Part shown: positions 47,866 through 57,066 of the stretch, piece by piece
How positions within the stretch are numbered: the first letter of the stretch is position 1
Layout of the letters: every line of letters starts with the position of its first letter
Source: an uncultured Clostridia bacterium
Lineage (GTDB): Bacteria > Bacillota > Clostridia > TANB77 > CAG-508
Length of the DNA stretch: 58,408 nt
Reading direction: 5' to 3'
NCBI GenBank assembly: GCA_944387395.1
Contig: CALXEU010000038.1
Coordinates: forward strand, 1 to 58,408
Notes under the pieces: model-generated
What the model saw: only the letters and a program-made list of their open reading frames with translations
Told to the model about the DNA's origin: nothing
The model's database searches: none
Made by a program: the position numbers and the translations under genes

Positions 47866-48306
47866 ATGTTAAAAGAAAAATTATTAGAAGATTTAAAATT
47901 AGCTATGAAGGAGAAAAATGTTAATAAAAAGAACGCAGTTCAAATGGTAAGAACAGCAATATTACAAATAGAAAAAGACAAAGGAATTGAAGTTCAGGAT
48001 AATCAAATAATAGATATAATTGCAAAAGAAGTAAAAAAGAGAAAAGATTCATTACCAGATTTTGGAAAGGCACAAAGACAGGATCTAATAGATCAAATAA
48101 ATGAAGAAATAAGTGCGTTAGAAATATATTTACCAAAACAACTAACTGATGAAGAATTAGAATCAAAAGTAAAAGAAATAATAAGCAAACTTGGTGCAAC
48201 AAGCATAAAAGATATGGGAAATGTTATGAAAGAAGCTAAATTAGAGATAGGTGCTAGTGCAGATGGAAAAAGAATAAACGAAGTGGTTAGAAAAATATTA
48301 CAATAA
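47866..48306 (+). CDS. yqeY: GatB/YqeY domain protein
   Basis: 'L.EDLK.AMKEKN..K....R.....I...' is the YqeY pattern, and the gene is adjacent to rpsU. Confidence 0.85.
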   Translation: MLKEKLLEDLKLAMKEKNVNKKNAVQMVRTAILQIEKDKGIEVQDNQIIDIIAKEVKKRKDSLPDFGKAQRQDLIDQINEEISALEIYLPKQLTDEELESKVKEIISKLGATSIKDMGNVMKEAKLEIGASADGKRINEVVRKILQ

Positions 48307-48435
48307 AAACATAAAAAATAAAAAAAAAGACATAATAAAAAATAAATGTTTCTGTTTAGAAAACTTAAAATACAAATATATTCAAGTTTTTTAAACAGAA
48401 ACAGTAATTTTATAAAATATGAAGGGAGAAATTTG

Positions 48436-49689
48436 ATGCAATTAGATACAATAAATATAAAAGAAGGAGTAAAATTTCATATAATAAATACCAATAAATT
48501 TAAAACCAATTTAATATCTATATTTTTAACAAGTAAGTTAACAAGAGAAACAATAACACAAAAAGCACTAATTTTGTCAATACTTAGACGTGGAAGTAAA
48601 GAATTGCCAACACAACAAGAATTAAATACTAAACTAGAAGAAATGTATGGAGCAGAATGTGATTGTGGAATAGATAAAAATGGAGATAATCATATTTCAA
48701 AATTTTATATAGAATCAGTAAATGACAAATATTTGCCAAACAAAGATGAAATTTTAGAGAAAAGTATTAATATATTACTAAATATAATATTTAATCCTGT
48801 AACAGAACAAAATAAATTTAAACAGGAATATTTTGAAGCAGAAAAAGAAAATCTAAAGCAAATTATTGAATCAAGAAAAGATAATAAAAGAAACTATTCT
48901 ACAATAAGATGCATAGAAGAAATGTACAAAAATGAGCCATATGGACTTTATAAATATGGATATGTAGAAGACTTAGATAAAATCAATAATGAAGAGTTAT
49001 ACAGTGAATATAAAGAATTAATAGAAAACTCTAAGATAGACATATTCATATCTGGAAACATAGAAAAAAGCTATGTACAAGAAATTATTGAAAATAACAA
49101 ATATATAAAAGATTTAAAACCAAGAAAATACGAAATAAAACAAGATAACGAAATAATAATAAATAAAGAAAAAGAAATTGTGGAACATATGGGAGTAGCT
49201 CAAGGAAATTTATGTATAGGATTAAAATTAGACAAAACAAACAAGCCTGTAACTGCTGTATATAATGCAATTTTGGGAGGAGGAGCAAATTCTAAATTAT
49301 TTCAAAATGTACGCGAAAAAGCAAGTTTAGCTTATTCAGCAGGTTCTATGTATATAAAAACAAAAAACTCAATAATAATCAAATGTGGAATAGACCCAGA
49401 AAATTATCAAAAAACATTAGAAATAGTAAAACAACAATTAGAAGATATGAAAGAGAAGAAAATATCTGCTAAAAATCTAGAAGATGCTAAGAGATTAATA
49501 GTAGCAAGTTTTAAATCAATGCAAGATGAGCAAGATTCAGAAATATCATACTATTTTGGAAAAGAAATAAACAATGATCAAGATACAATTAACGAATATA
49601 TAGAAAAAATTAAAAATGTATCATTAGAAGATATTCAAGAATTAGCCCAAACTATAAAAATAGATACTATTTATTTTTTAACAAAATAA
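48436..49689 (+). CDS. M16-family (pitrilysin-like) peptidase homologue lacking the HxxEH motif
   Basis: GGGAGA RBS before Met 48436. The two-domain M16 fold pattern is present but no HxxEH was seen. It is paired with an active-type paralogue. Confidence 0.65.
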   Translation: MQLDTINIKEGVKFHIINTNKFKTNLISIFLTSKLTRETITQKALILSILRRGSKELPTQQELNTKLEEMYGAECDCGIDKNGDNHISKFYIESVNDKYLPNKDEILEKSINILLNIIFNPVTEQNKFKQEYFEAEKENLKQIIESRKDNKRNYSTIRCIEEMYKNEPYGLYKYGYVEDLDKINNEELYSEYKELIENSKIDIFISGNIEKSYVQEIIENNKYIKDLKPRKYEIKQDNEIIINKEKEIVEHMGVAQGNLCIGLKLDKTNKPVTAVYNAILGGGANSKLFQNVREKASLAYSAGSMYIKTKNSIIIKCGIDPENYQKTLEIVKQQLEDMKEKKISAKNLEDAKRLIVASFKSMQDEQDSEISYYFGKEINNDQDTINEYIEKIKNVSLEDIQELAQTIKIDTIYFLTK

Positions 49690-49726
49690 ATTATACTTTT
49701 AATTAGAAAGGAGAAAGCTAATAATT

Positions 49727-51004
49727 ATGAATAAAATTGAATGCAATAAAATTGATGAAGCATACTATACAGAAAAGTTAGAAAACGGTTTGAAAGTTAT
49801 TATTTTCCCTAAAAAAAATATACAAAAAAAATATGTAATATGGACAACCAAATTTGGATCTATAGATAATACTTTTATAGACCAAGAAACATCAAGAAAA
49901 ATTACAGTTCCAGATGGTGTTGCTCACTTTCTTGAACATAAAATGTTTGAACAAAAAAGCGGAATAGACAGTTTATATAAATTAATGTCTTTGGGGATAG
50001 ATGCAAACGCATATACTACAAATGACCATACAGCATATTTATTCGAATGTACAGATAATTTCTACGAGGGATTAGATGAATTTATGGATTATGTACAAAA
50101 TCCATATTATACAGAACAAAATGTAGAAAAAGAAAAAGGAATAATAGGACAAGAAATTAGAATGTATGATGATGATCCATCATGGCAATTATACATGAAT
50201 ACAATGGATTGTCTATATAAGGAAAATCCAATAAAAATAGATATTGCGGGAACAGTAGAATCTATATCTAAAATTACACCAGAAATTTTATATAAATGTT
50301 ATAATAACTTCTATCATCCAAGTAATATGGTATTTGTAGTTGTAGGAGACTTTGAGCCAGAGAAAATTTTGGAAGAAATAAAAAGAAGATTGCTACCAAA
50401 GGAACAAAGAAAAGAGATAGAGAGAATTTATTCTGAAGAACAGGAAGAAATTAATAAAAAATATAAAGAAATACAAATGGAAATAAGTAAGCCACTATTT
50501 ATGATAGGAATAAAAGATAATCCAAAGCAAAATTACGAACAAATAGTAAAAAAACAAATGGCAATAGAAATAATATTAAATATTTTAATTGGAAAAAGTT
50601 CAGAACTATTTGAAAAACTATATAATGAAGGATTACTACTAGAAGAACCATCATTAGAATATGAATTTTCAAAACAATATGCACATATATTAATTGCTGC
50701 ACAGTCTAAAAAACCTCAAGCAGTAAAAGAAGCTATAATACAAAAAATAGAGAAAATGAAAAAAGAACCAATAAATAAGGAAAATTTTGAAAGAAGCAAA
50801 AAAAGAATTTATGGAGCGTATATAACAGAATATAACAATGTGGCAGATATAGGAAGAATGTTTGCATCAGACTTTGTAAAAGGAATAAATAGTTTTGAAT
50901 ATATAGAAAAATTCGACGAAATAGACGAAAAATATTTAAAACAAATATTAAATGAAATATTTATAGAAGAAAAGATGGTAATGTCTGTCGTAAATTCAAA
51001 GTAA
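49727..51004 (+). CDS. M16-family zinc peptidase (HxxEH present)
   Basis: 'GVAHFLEHKMFE' contains the inverted zincin motif HxxEH. Confidence 0.8.
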   Translation: MNKIECNKIDEAYYTEKLENGLKVIIFPKKNIQKKYVIWTTKFGSIDNTFIDQETSRKITVPDGVAHFLEHKMFEQKSGIDSLYKLMSLGIDANAYTTNDHTAYLFECTDNFYEGLDEFMDYVQNPYYTEQNVEKEKGIIGQEIRMYDDDPSWQLYMNTMDCLYKENPIKIDIAGTVESISKITPEILYKCYNNFYHPSNMVFVVVGDFEPEKILEEIKRRLLPKEQRKEIERIYSEEQEEINKKYKEIQMEISKPLFMIGIKDNPKQNYEQIVKKQMAIEIILNILIGKSSELFEKLYNEGLLLEEPSLEYEFSKQYAHILIAAQSKKPQAVKEAIIQKIEKMKKEPINKENFERSKKRIYGAYITEYNNVADIGRMFASDFVKGINSFEYIEKFDEIDEKYLKQILNEIFIEEKMVMSVVNSK

Positions 51005-51253
51005 AAGAATGTCAAAAAAACAAATTTTTTATTATTTTAAATAAAATAATGAAATAAAACGAAAAAAATAATCAAAAAAAATAAAAAAATGAAACACGAA
51101 AATCCTCTCAAACCGTTGAAAAATAAGCAAAAACAATTGACTAAGCAAAAATAATATGGTATTAATAATAATAAGGGAATAAAAGAAAGAAAAGTGATGT
51201 AAAAACGAAAGAGAGGAGAATATTAGATTAAAAAACTAATATAAAGTAAAAAA

Positions 51254-51403
51254 ATGTTAGATGAAAAAATATGCGAATTACGAGAAAAATTAAATAATAG
51301 TATATTAGAGGGTAAAGATTATCAAATAATATATAAATTAAGTGTAGATTTAGATGAACTAATTGCACAGTATTATAGAGAAAAGAAAAAATTCAATTCC
51401 TAA
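51254..51403 (+). CDS. Spo0E-family sporulation regulatory (aspartyl-phosphatase-like) small protein (49 aa; below ORF-track cutoff)
   Basis: Translation is 'MLDEKICELREKLNNSILEGKDYQIIYKLSVDLDELIAQYYREKKKFNS'. It fits the Spo0E-like helix-hairpin with 'S..LD.LI..Y'. A hairpin terminator follows. Confidence 0.6.
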   Translation: MLDEKICELREKLNNSILEGKDYQIIYKLSVDLDELIAQYYREKKKFNS

Positions 51404-51546
51404 AATGGGAGTTGAATTTTTTAGCGAAATTTTGTTGCATACTCAAGAACGCTAGGAGAAAAAAATACAACTCAACATAAAGTCGATACGCTTCTTAAAA
51501 AAATAAAACATATGGATAAAAATTGTAAAAAAATATAGTCAAAATG

Positions 51547-51575
51547 TTGACATATTATTTATTTTTTTTTATAAT
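51547..51575 (+). promoter_or_regulatory. Consensus promoter in front of the first pilin-like gene
   Basis: TTGACA, a 17-nt T-rich spacer, then TATAAT. Confidence 0.6.
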
Positions 51576-51608
51576 TAATTGTAGAATACAATTTAATATG
51601 GAGAAATA

Positions 51609-52331
51609 ATGAAAAGATTAAATAAGATAAAATTTGTAACGTGTTTTATATTATTGTTAGTAATTTGCACAATTTCTAATGCTGTATATGCATCACTATC
51701 AGCATCTCTTAAACTTAAATTTCCACCTATAGAAATAATACCCGGACAAATTGAATATTCACCTACTATGTATAAAGGATTATTGGATGTTATGATTAAT
51801 CTAAATGGAAAAGAGTTGATGAGAGAAAGCACAGATAATTATAAAAATGCCGGAGAGTATTTAAAAGAGAGAGGCTATGTGCCAGAAGACATTAGTGAAG
51901 AAGATTTAATTAAATATGTAGAAAGTCATGCAAGCCAAATAAAGGTACATATTACAAATTTAAACTATTTTGAAGTTATAGATTCTACTTTACCATTGCC
52001 AGGAACGGAAGGTGATGGAGAAGATAATTCGAATACAGAGCCACCGGAAGAAAACATTGATACAGAAAACTATAGACCAACGGAGGATATTTATTCGGAA
52101 AAGTTAATATCAATTTCACAAAGAATAGTAGGTATTATACAAATAATAGGAACTGCATTATCTGTAATCATAATTATAATAATAGGAATTAGATATATAA
52201 CAGGCAGTGTGGAAGAAAAAGCAGAGTATAAAACTACTGCAATGTTATATATAATTGGTGCGATACTTCTATTTTGCACAGTTACAATAGTAAGATTGAT
52301 ATATGATATATCATCAAATTTATTTCAATAA
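51609..52331 (+). CDS. Secreted protein with C-terminal TrbC/VirB2-like pilin module (240 aa)
   Basis: Signal peptide and a ~150-aa N-terminal extension, followed by 'IVGIIQIIGTALSVIIIIIIGIRYITGSVEEKAEYKTTAMLYIIGAILLF' (TM, basic loop, TM). Confidence 0.6.
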   Translation: MKRLNKIKFVTCFILLLVICTISNAVYASLSASLKLKFPPIEIIPGQIEYSPTMYKGLLDVMINLNGKELMRESTDNYKNAGEYLKERGYVPEDISEEDLIKYVESHASQIKVHITNLNYFEVIDSTLPLPGTEGDGEDNSNTEPPEENIDTENYRPTEDIYSEKLISISQRIVGIIQIIGTALSVIIIIIIGIRYITGSVEEKAEYKTTAMLYIIGAILLFCTVTIVRLIYDISSNLFQ

Positions 52332-52429
52332 TTTCTGAAAATTATATTAATATTTATAGATTATAACATGATTAGTTACTTTATTTAATATATGACAAAA
52401 TATCTATTATACAAAACTATTATAAAATA

Positions 52430-52458
52430 TTGACAGAAAAGTAAAAAGAAACTATAAT
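52430..52458 (+). promoter_or_regulatory. Consensus promoter in front of the second pilin-like gene
   Basis: TTGACA (52430-52435), a 17-nt spacer, then TATAAT (52453-52458). Confidence 0.6.
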
Positions 52459-52496
52459 TAATAATAAATATGACGAAATTGTGGAGATAATGTAAA

Positions 52497-53015
52497 ATGA
52501 AAATTGTAAAAAAAACATTATTTGTATTTATTTTTATATTTTTTATGTTGAGTTTTTCAAATCAAGTTCAAGCTGGAATATGGGACTCATTTATTAACTG
52601 GTTATTCCCATCAGGGGGAGAAACTAGCGAAACTACAGATACAACTGGCGATTTCAATACGTCGTCAGAATCCTCTCACGGTTCTAGTTCATCAGAGGAT
52701 CCAGCTACTTTGGATGATATGTTTGACGTAGCAGACGATTTCTTTAACACAGGATTGAAAAATGAAAACAAGGTAATAAATACTGGAAATTTACAAGTGA
52801 CATCGAATTTTATATACAATATACTACTGGCAATAGCAGTTGTAGTAGCTGTCATCTGGGGATTAATATTAGGAATACAATTCCTGATTGGTGCTGCAGA
52901 GCAAAGAGCAGAAACGAAGAAAGCGCTTGCACCATATTTAGTAGGATGTGTAGTTATATTTGGTGCATTCGGAATATGGGCATTTGTAGTAAACATATTA
53001 CAATCAATTAAATAG
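52497..53015 (+). CDS. TrbC/VirB2-like pilin paralogue (172 aa)
   Basis: Signal peptide ending 'VQAG' and a Ser/Thr/Asp-rich linker, followed by 'LLAIAVVVAVIWGLILGIQFLIGAAEQRAETKKALAPYLVGCVVIFGAF'. Confidence 0.6.
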   Translation: MKIVKKTLFVFIFIFFMLSFSNQVQAGIWDSFINWLFPSGGETSETTDTTGDFNTSSESSHGSSSSEDPATLDDMFDVADDFFNTGLKNENKVINTGNLQVTSNFIYNILLAIAVVVAVIWGLILGIQFLIGAAEQRAETKKALAPYLVGCVVIFGAFGIWAFVVNILQSIK

Positions 53016-53084
53016 TTATTAAAATTCTCATGACAATAATGAGATTAAATAATATAATAAAAGAAGTAAAGGAGGAAATAAACT

Positions 53085-53450
53085 ATGAAGAAAACAATTA
53101 GAGTTATATCAATAATGCTTTTATCTATAATGTTAATTGCGATGTTCGCAGGAACTGTTTCAGCAGATCCTCAAGGTGCATTAGATGCTTTAAAAGATCC
53201 AACTTATTCTGAACAATCAAAAATTCAAGATTTAGGGAAAAAAATAGTTGGGGTAATTCAAATAGTTGGAGTAGTAATAGCTGTTGTTGTTATATTGGTA
53301 ATTGGTATTAAATACATAATAGGTAGTGCAGAGGAAAAAGCAGAATACAAAAAGACAATGATACCATATGTTGTAGGTGCAATACTTATATTTGCAGGTG
53401 CAACAATAGTAAATGTATTATATAATACAATTATAGCATTAAATAGCTAA
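53085..53450 (+). CDS. TrbC/VirB2-like pilin paralogue (121 aa)
   Basis: Signal peptide 'FAGTVSA', followed by 'IVGVIQIVGVVIAVVVILVIGIKYIIGSAEEKAEYKKTMIPYVVGAILIFAG'. Confidence 0.65.
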   Translation: MKKTIRVISIMLLSIMLIAMFAGTVSADPQGALDALKDPTYSEQSKIQDLGKKIVGVIQIVGVVIAVVVILVIGIKYIIGSAEEKAEYKKTMIPYVVGAILIFAGATIVNVLYNTIIALNS

Positions 53451-53487
53451 TATTACATAAGTGTTACAATATGATTTCAAAAAAATT

Positions 53488-53516
53488 AAAAAGTGCAGAA
53501 AATGCACTTTTTTTTG
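53488..53516 (+). terminator. Intrinsic terminator after the third pilin-like gene
   Basis: AAAGTGCA-gaaaa-TGCACTTT followed by a T-run. Confidence 0.75.
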
Positions 53517-53592
53517 TTTTTATGTTACATTTTCCTAATTTATATGGTATAATTATAAATGGATACAAATATTTTTTGAACGGAGGAAAAAT

Positions 53593-53946
53593 ATGGGCAC
53601 ATATAATATACCTAGAAATGTAAAGGGAGAGGGTAGAATATTATTTATATTTACGCCTAAGAGCATGATATATTCAGTAATAGGACTAGCTATAGGAATA
53701 ATATTTTACTTTATTTTTAAGATTGTTGGCTTGAGCATACTAGGATGGATTTCGTTGCTTTTATTTGCAGCAATAGGATGGGCAATAGGAACAATGAAAG
53801 TACCCAAACTATCAATTTTAAAATTTACAAAAGTAGTGTATGGAGAAAAAATAGACGATATAATTAAAAGAGCAATACTTTTTAAAAAGAGAAACAATAA
53901 GATATATGTTTATGATAATAAGGAGGTAGAGAATAATGACAGATAA
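53593..53946 (+). CDS. PrgI/VirB3-like small T4SS membrane protein
   Basis: 'YNIPRNVKGEGRILFIFTPKSMIY' followed by two TM helices. A TGgTATAAT promoter lies upstream (~53524-53553). Confidence 0.55.
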   Translation: MGTYNIPRNVKGEGRILFIFTPKSMIYSVIGLAIGIIFYFIFKIVGLSILGWISLLLFAAIGWAIGTMKVPKLSILKFTKVVYGEKIDDIIKRAILFKKRNNKIYVYDNKEVENNDR

Positions 53947-55126
53947 TAGTATTAATGTGCTAACACTTCTATTATTCATAATGATAGGAATAATGTTTTG
54001 TCTTATGCTTGCTTTGTTTTTTGTATATATTAATATGAAATTACAAAAAAATAAAAAAGACAATGAAAAAATTGAGCTTAATGGTGATAAAACTTCAACT
54101 AAAGTTACTAGTAAAAAATTTACAGTAAATTCTATATTTGATTTTATGGAATTTGATAAAATTGAAGATAATATGATAATACAAAAAAATGGTGCTAGAT
54201 ATGTAATGGTTGTTGAATGTCAAGGAATAAATTATGATTTAATGTCACAAGCAGAAAAAGTTGGAGTAGAAGAGGGATTTGTTCAATTCTTAAATACACT
54301 AGATCATCCAATACAAATATATACTCAGACAAGAAAGATAAATCTAGAAAGTAGTATCCAAACATACAAACAACAAGTTGAAAAAGCGGAAATGCAGATG
54401 GAGAAACAACAACTTAGATACAAACAAATAATGCAATCTCCAAATGCAACAGATGAACAAAAGAACAAAGCTTTGTTTGAATACACAAAAGCAAAGAATC
54501 TTTATGATTATGGAAAAGATATTATATTTAACACAGAAAAAATGAGCTTAAATAAGAACATATTAAATAAAAAATACTATGTTGTTCTTCCATATTTTTC
54601 CGAAGAATTAGGACAAAATGGGTTTGATAAAGAAGAAATAAAAGAACGTGCATTTTCAGAATTATATACAAGAGCACAAGCTGTAATTGCTGCGTTAGCA
54701 ATATCAGGAGTAGAAGGAAGAGTTATGTCATCTATTGAGCTAGCTGATTTACTATATGTTGCGTACAACAGAGATGAAGCAGAAACTTATGGTATAGATA
54801 AAGCAATAAGAGCCGGATATAATGAAATGTATTCTACTGCACAGGATTATATGGATAAGAAAATGCAAATATTAGATGCAGAAATAGAAAGAAAAGCAAG
54901 TGACCTTGCAAGTGGTAAAGTATTAGAAGTACAATCAGAAAAACAACGTGAATATAGACAAAAAGTTGAAACAAAAGAAGATATAATTAGCAACCTAGCT
55001 CAATTAATAATTGAGGAAAATGAAGCAATGCTAGGTAAAGAAATAGCTGAAAAGGCAAAGGAAAAAGTTAGAAAGGAGAAAGATGCAAATGGCAAAGGAC
55101 AAGAAGGAAAATCAGTTAATGCGTAA
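53936..55126 (+). CDS. Membrane-anchored coiled-coil protein with a VirB4-N-terminal-like segment (396 aa)
   Basis: One N-terminal TM, then 'IEDNMIIQKNGARYVMVVECQGINYDLMSQAEKVGVEEGFVQFLNTLDHPIQIY', which resembles the non-ATPase N-domain of VirB4/TrsE-type proteins. No Walker motifs are present. Confidence 0.45.
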   Translation: MTDNSINVLTLLLFIMIGIMFCLMLALFFVYINMKLQKNKKDNEKIELNGDKTSTKVTSKKFTVNSIFDFMEFDKIEDNMIIQKNGARYVMVVECQGINYDLMSQAEKVGVEEGFVQFLNTLDHPIQIYTQTRKINLESSIQTYKQQVEKAEMQMEKQQLRYKQIMQSPNATDEQKNKALFEYTKAKNLYDYGKDIIFNTEKMSLNKNILNKKYYVVLPYFSEELGQNGFDKEEIKERAFSELYTRAQAVIAALAISGVEGRVMSSIELADLLYVAYNRDEAETYGIDKAIRAGYNEMYSTAQDYMDKKMQILDAEIERKASDLASGKVLEVQSEKQREYRQKVETKEDIISNLAQLIIEENEAMLGKEIAEKAKEKVRKEKDANGKGQEGKSVNA

Positions 55127-57050
55127 TGATTACACATCTAATGAAGAAGTACCAATTTTGCATAAAAAAACTATAAAGGAATTAATTGCTCCTGCTGGAA
55201 TTGATGCAAGTAGTATAGACCATTTGGAAATTGCTTCAAATGTAAAAAGATATGCAAGATCATTCTTTGTATCTGCACTTCCAAGAATGTGTACTTTCCC
55301 AGAACTTTTTAGAGATATGTATTTATTTGGAGATATAAATACTTCAATTTATATCTCGCCAATATCAGAAGCAAGATCACAAAATGAATTGAATAGAACA
55401 ATAAATGAACTAGAAACCGAAAGAATTGTTGCAGCTGACAGAGGAAATATAAATAGAGAAGCAAGTCTTTCACAAAAAAGATTAGAAGCAGAAGAACTTA
55501 GAGACCAAATAGCTGCAGGATATAATAAATTATATGAAGCGTCAATAATATCTACTTTATTTGCATATAGCCTAGAGGACTTAGATAAATTCACAAAACT
55601 ACTAGCATCAGAAATGGGAAAAACATTAGTTGAAGTAAAAAGTGCATGGGCAATGCAAGAAGAGGCTTTTCAATCAAACTTACCTTTAGGACAAAATAAA
55701 ATAAATAAAACACATACATTTGACCGTAGATCAATGGCAACAGCTTTCCCTTTTACAACATCAGAGGTAGGCCATTCTACAGGAATACCTTTAGGATTTA
55801 ACAAACAAACTGGAGTTCCTATATTATTTGATAATTTCCATAGCTCATTAACAAACTATAATATGGTTATATTTGCAAAATCTGGTGCTGGAAAATCTGT
55901 AACAATGAAAACTTTAATTTCAAGATCAGCAGTTTTAATGGGAATACAAAGTTTAGCATTAGATGCAGAAGGAGAGTATAGTATAGTTGCAGAGAGTTTA
56001 GGGGGAATAAACGTAGTATTAAGCCCAAACTCAAAAACAGTAATAAATGTATTTGATATTGAAACAGAAATTGTAAGAGATGAAATAACAGGAAGAGATA
56101 GAACTGTACTAAATGTAGAAAATAAAGTAGAAGACGTAACGCAAGCTCTACTTACTATGGCAAGAGGAAGTACAAGGAGCAAAGAAGTAAACGAACTTAC
56201 AAAGCAAATAATTGCAGAAACAGTTGCTCAAGAATATGCAGCCTATGGAATAACAAGCAATCCTGCTAGTTTATATGAATCAAGAAATAGTAGCAACGAA
56301 ATTTTAGGAAGAGCTAAGAAGAAAATGCCAACAATAGGCTCTTGGTATAAAAGATTACAAAGAAATGCAGAATCAAATACTAACCCAGATTATAGATTCC
56401 ATTACAGTTATTTATTAAAAGTAATGAAGCAATACATAAGAGAATATGATGGACAAATGGCATATTTTGATGGACAATCAACTTTTGATTTACTAGAAGG
56501 AACATTATTTATAAATTTAGACATATCTCAACTTGAAGAAAGATTTGCAAGACCTTTGGCACAACAAATATTACTTTCTTGGATTTGGGAAAAGTATGTT
56601 AAGAAAAACAGTGAAGATAGAAGAAGAGCGTCTAGAAAAAGAGTATTGGTTGATGAGGCGTGGATGTTACTTCCATATCCGGAAGCTGTTGACTTTTTAA
56701 ATACAATGGCAAGACGTGCAAGAAAAAGAAATGTATCACTAGCTATTATTTCACAAAGATTCCAAGATTTTTATGAGAAACCAGAGGTACAGGCAGTTTT
56801 AACGTCTTCGGATACAAAACTGCTATTAGCACAAGATAAAGCCGAAATTCAATATTTAAAAGAAGTATTTAAATTGAGTGAAGGAGAAGCAAATTATTTA
56901 ATTACGTGTGGAAGGGGAGAAGGTCTTTTAAAAGTTGGTGGAGATACTGCTATTTTACAAATAACACCAACTGCTAAAGAATTTGAATTTATGGAAACAA
57001 ATTTAAACAAACTCGTACAAAATAGCCAAAAGCAAAATCAAAATAGATAA
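55083..57050 (+). CDS. VirB4/TrsE/PrgJ-like T4SS ATPase
   Basis: Walker A 'AKSGAGKSV' and Walker B 'RVLVDEAWMLL'. The more likely start is ATG 55119, which overlaps the upstream stop as ATGCGTAA and has GAAGGAAAA as its RBS. Confidence 0.8.
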   Translation: MQMAKDKKENQLMRNDYTSNEEVPILHKKTIKELIAPAGIDASSIDHLEIASNVKRYARSFFVSALPRMCTFPELFRDMYLFGDINTSIYISPISEARSQNELNRTINELETERIVAADRGNINREASLSQKRLEAEELRDQIAAGYNKLYEASIISTLFAYSLEDLDKFTKLLASEMGKTLVEVKSAWAMQEEAFQSNLPLGQNKINKTHTFDRRSMATAFPFTTSEVGHSTGIPLGFNKQTGVPILFDNFHSSLTNYNMVIFAKSGAGKSVTMKTLISRSAVLMGIQSLALDAEGEYSIVAESLGGINVVLSPNSKTVINVFDIETEIVRDEITGRDRTVLNVENKVEDVTQALLTMARGSTRSKEVNELTKQIIAETVAQEYAAYGITSNPASLYESRNSSNEILGRAKKKMPTIGSWYKRLQRNAESNTNPDYRFHYSYLLKVMKQYIREYDGQMAYFDGQSTFDLLEGTLFINLDISQLEERFARPLAQQILLSWIWEKYVKKNSEDRRRASRKRVLVDEAWMLLPYPEAVDFLNTMARRARKRNVSLAIISQRFQDFYEKPEVQAVLTSSDTKLLLAQDKAEIQYLKEVFKLSEGEANYLITCGRGEGLLKVGGDTAILQITPTAKEFEFMETNLNKLVQNSQKQNQNR

Positions 57051-57066
57051 AATAAAGGAGGATAAT

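Noticed and set aside
51005-51135. Oligo-A-rich tract examined as a possible CRISPR leader/array or tandem repeat
   Set aside because: There is no regularly spaced direct repeat or spacer pattern; it is just low-complexity A-rich DNA. No CRISPR-like array was found anywhere in the window.
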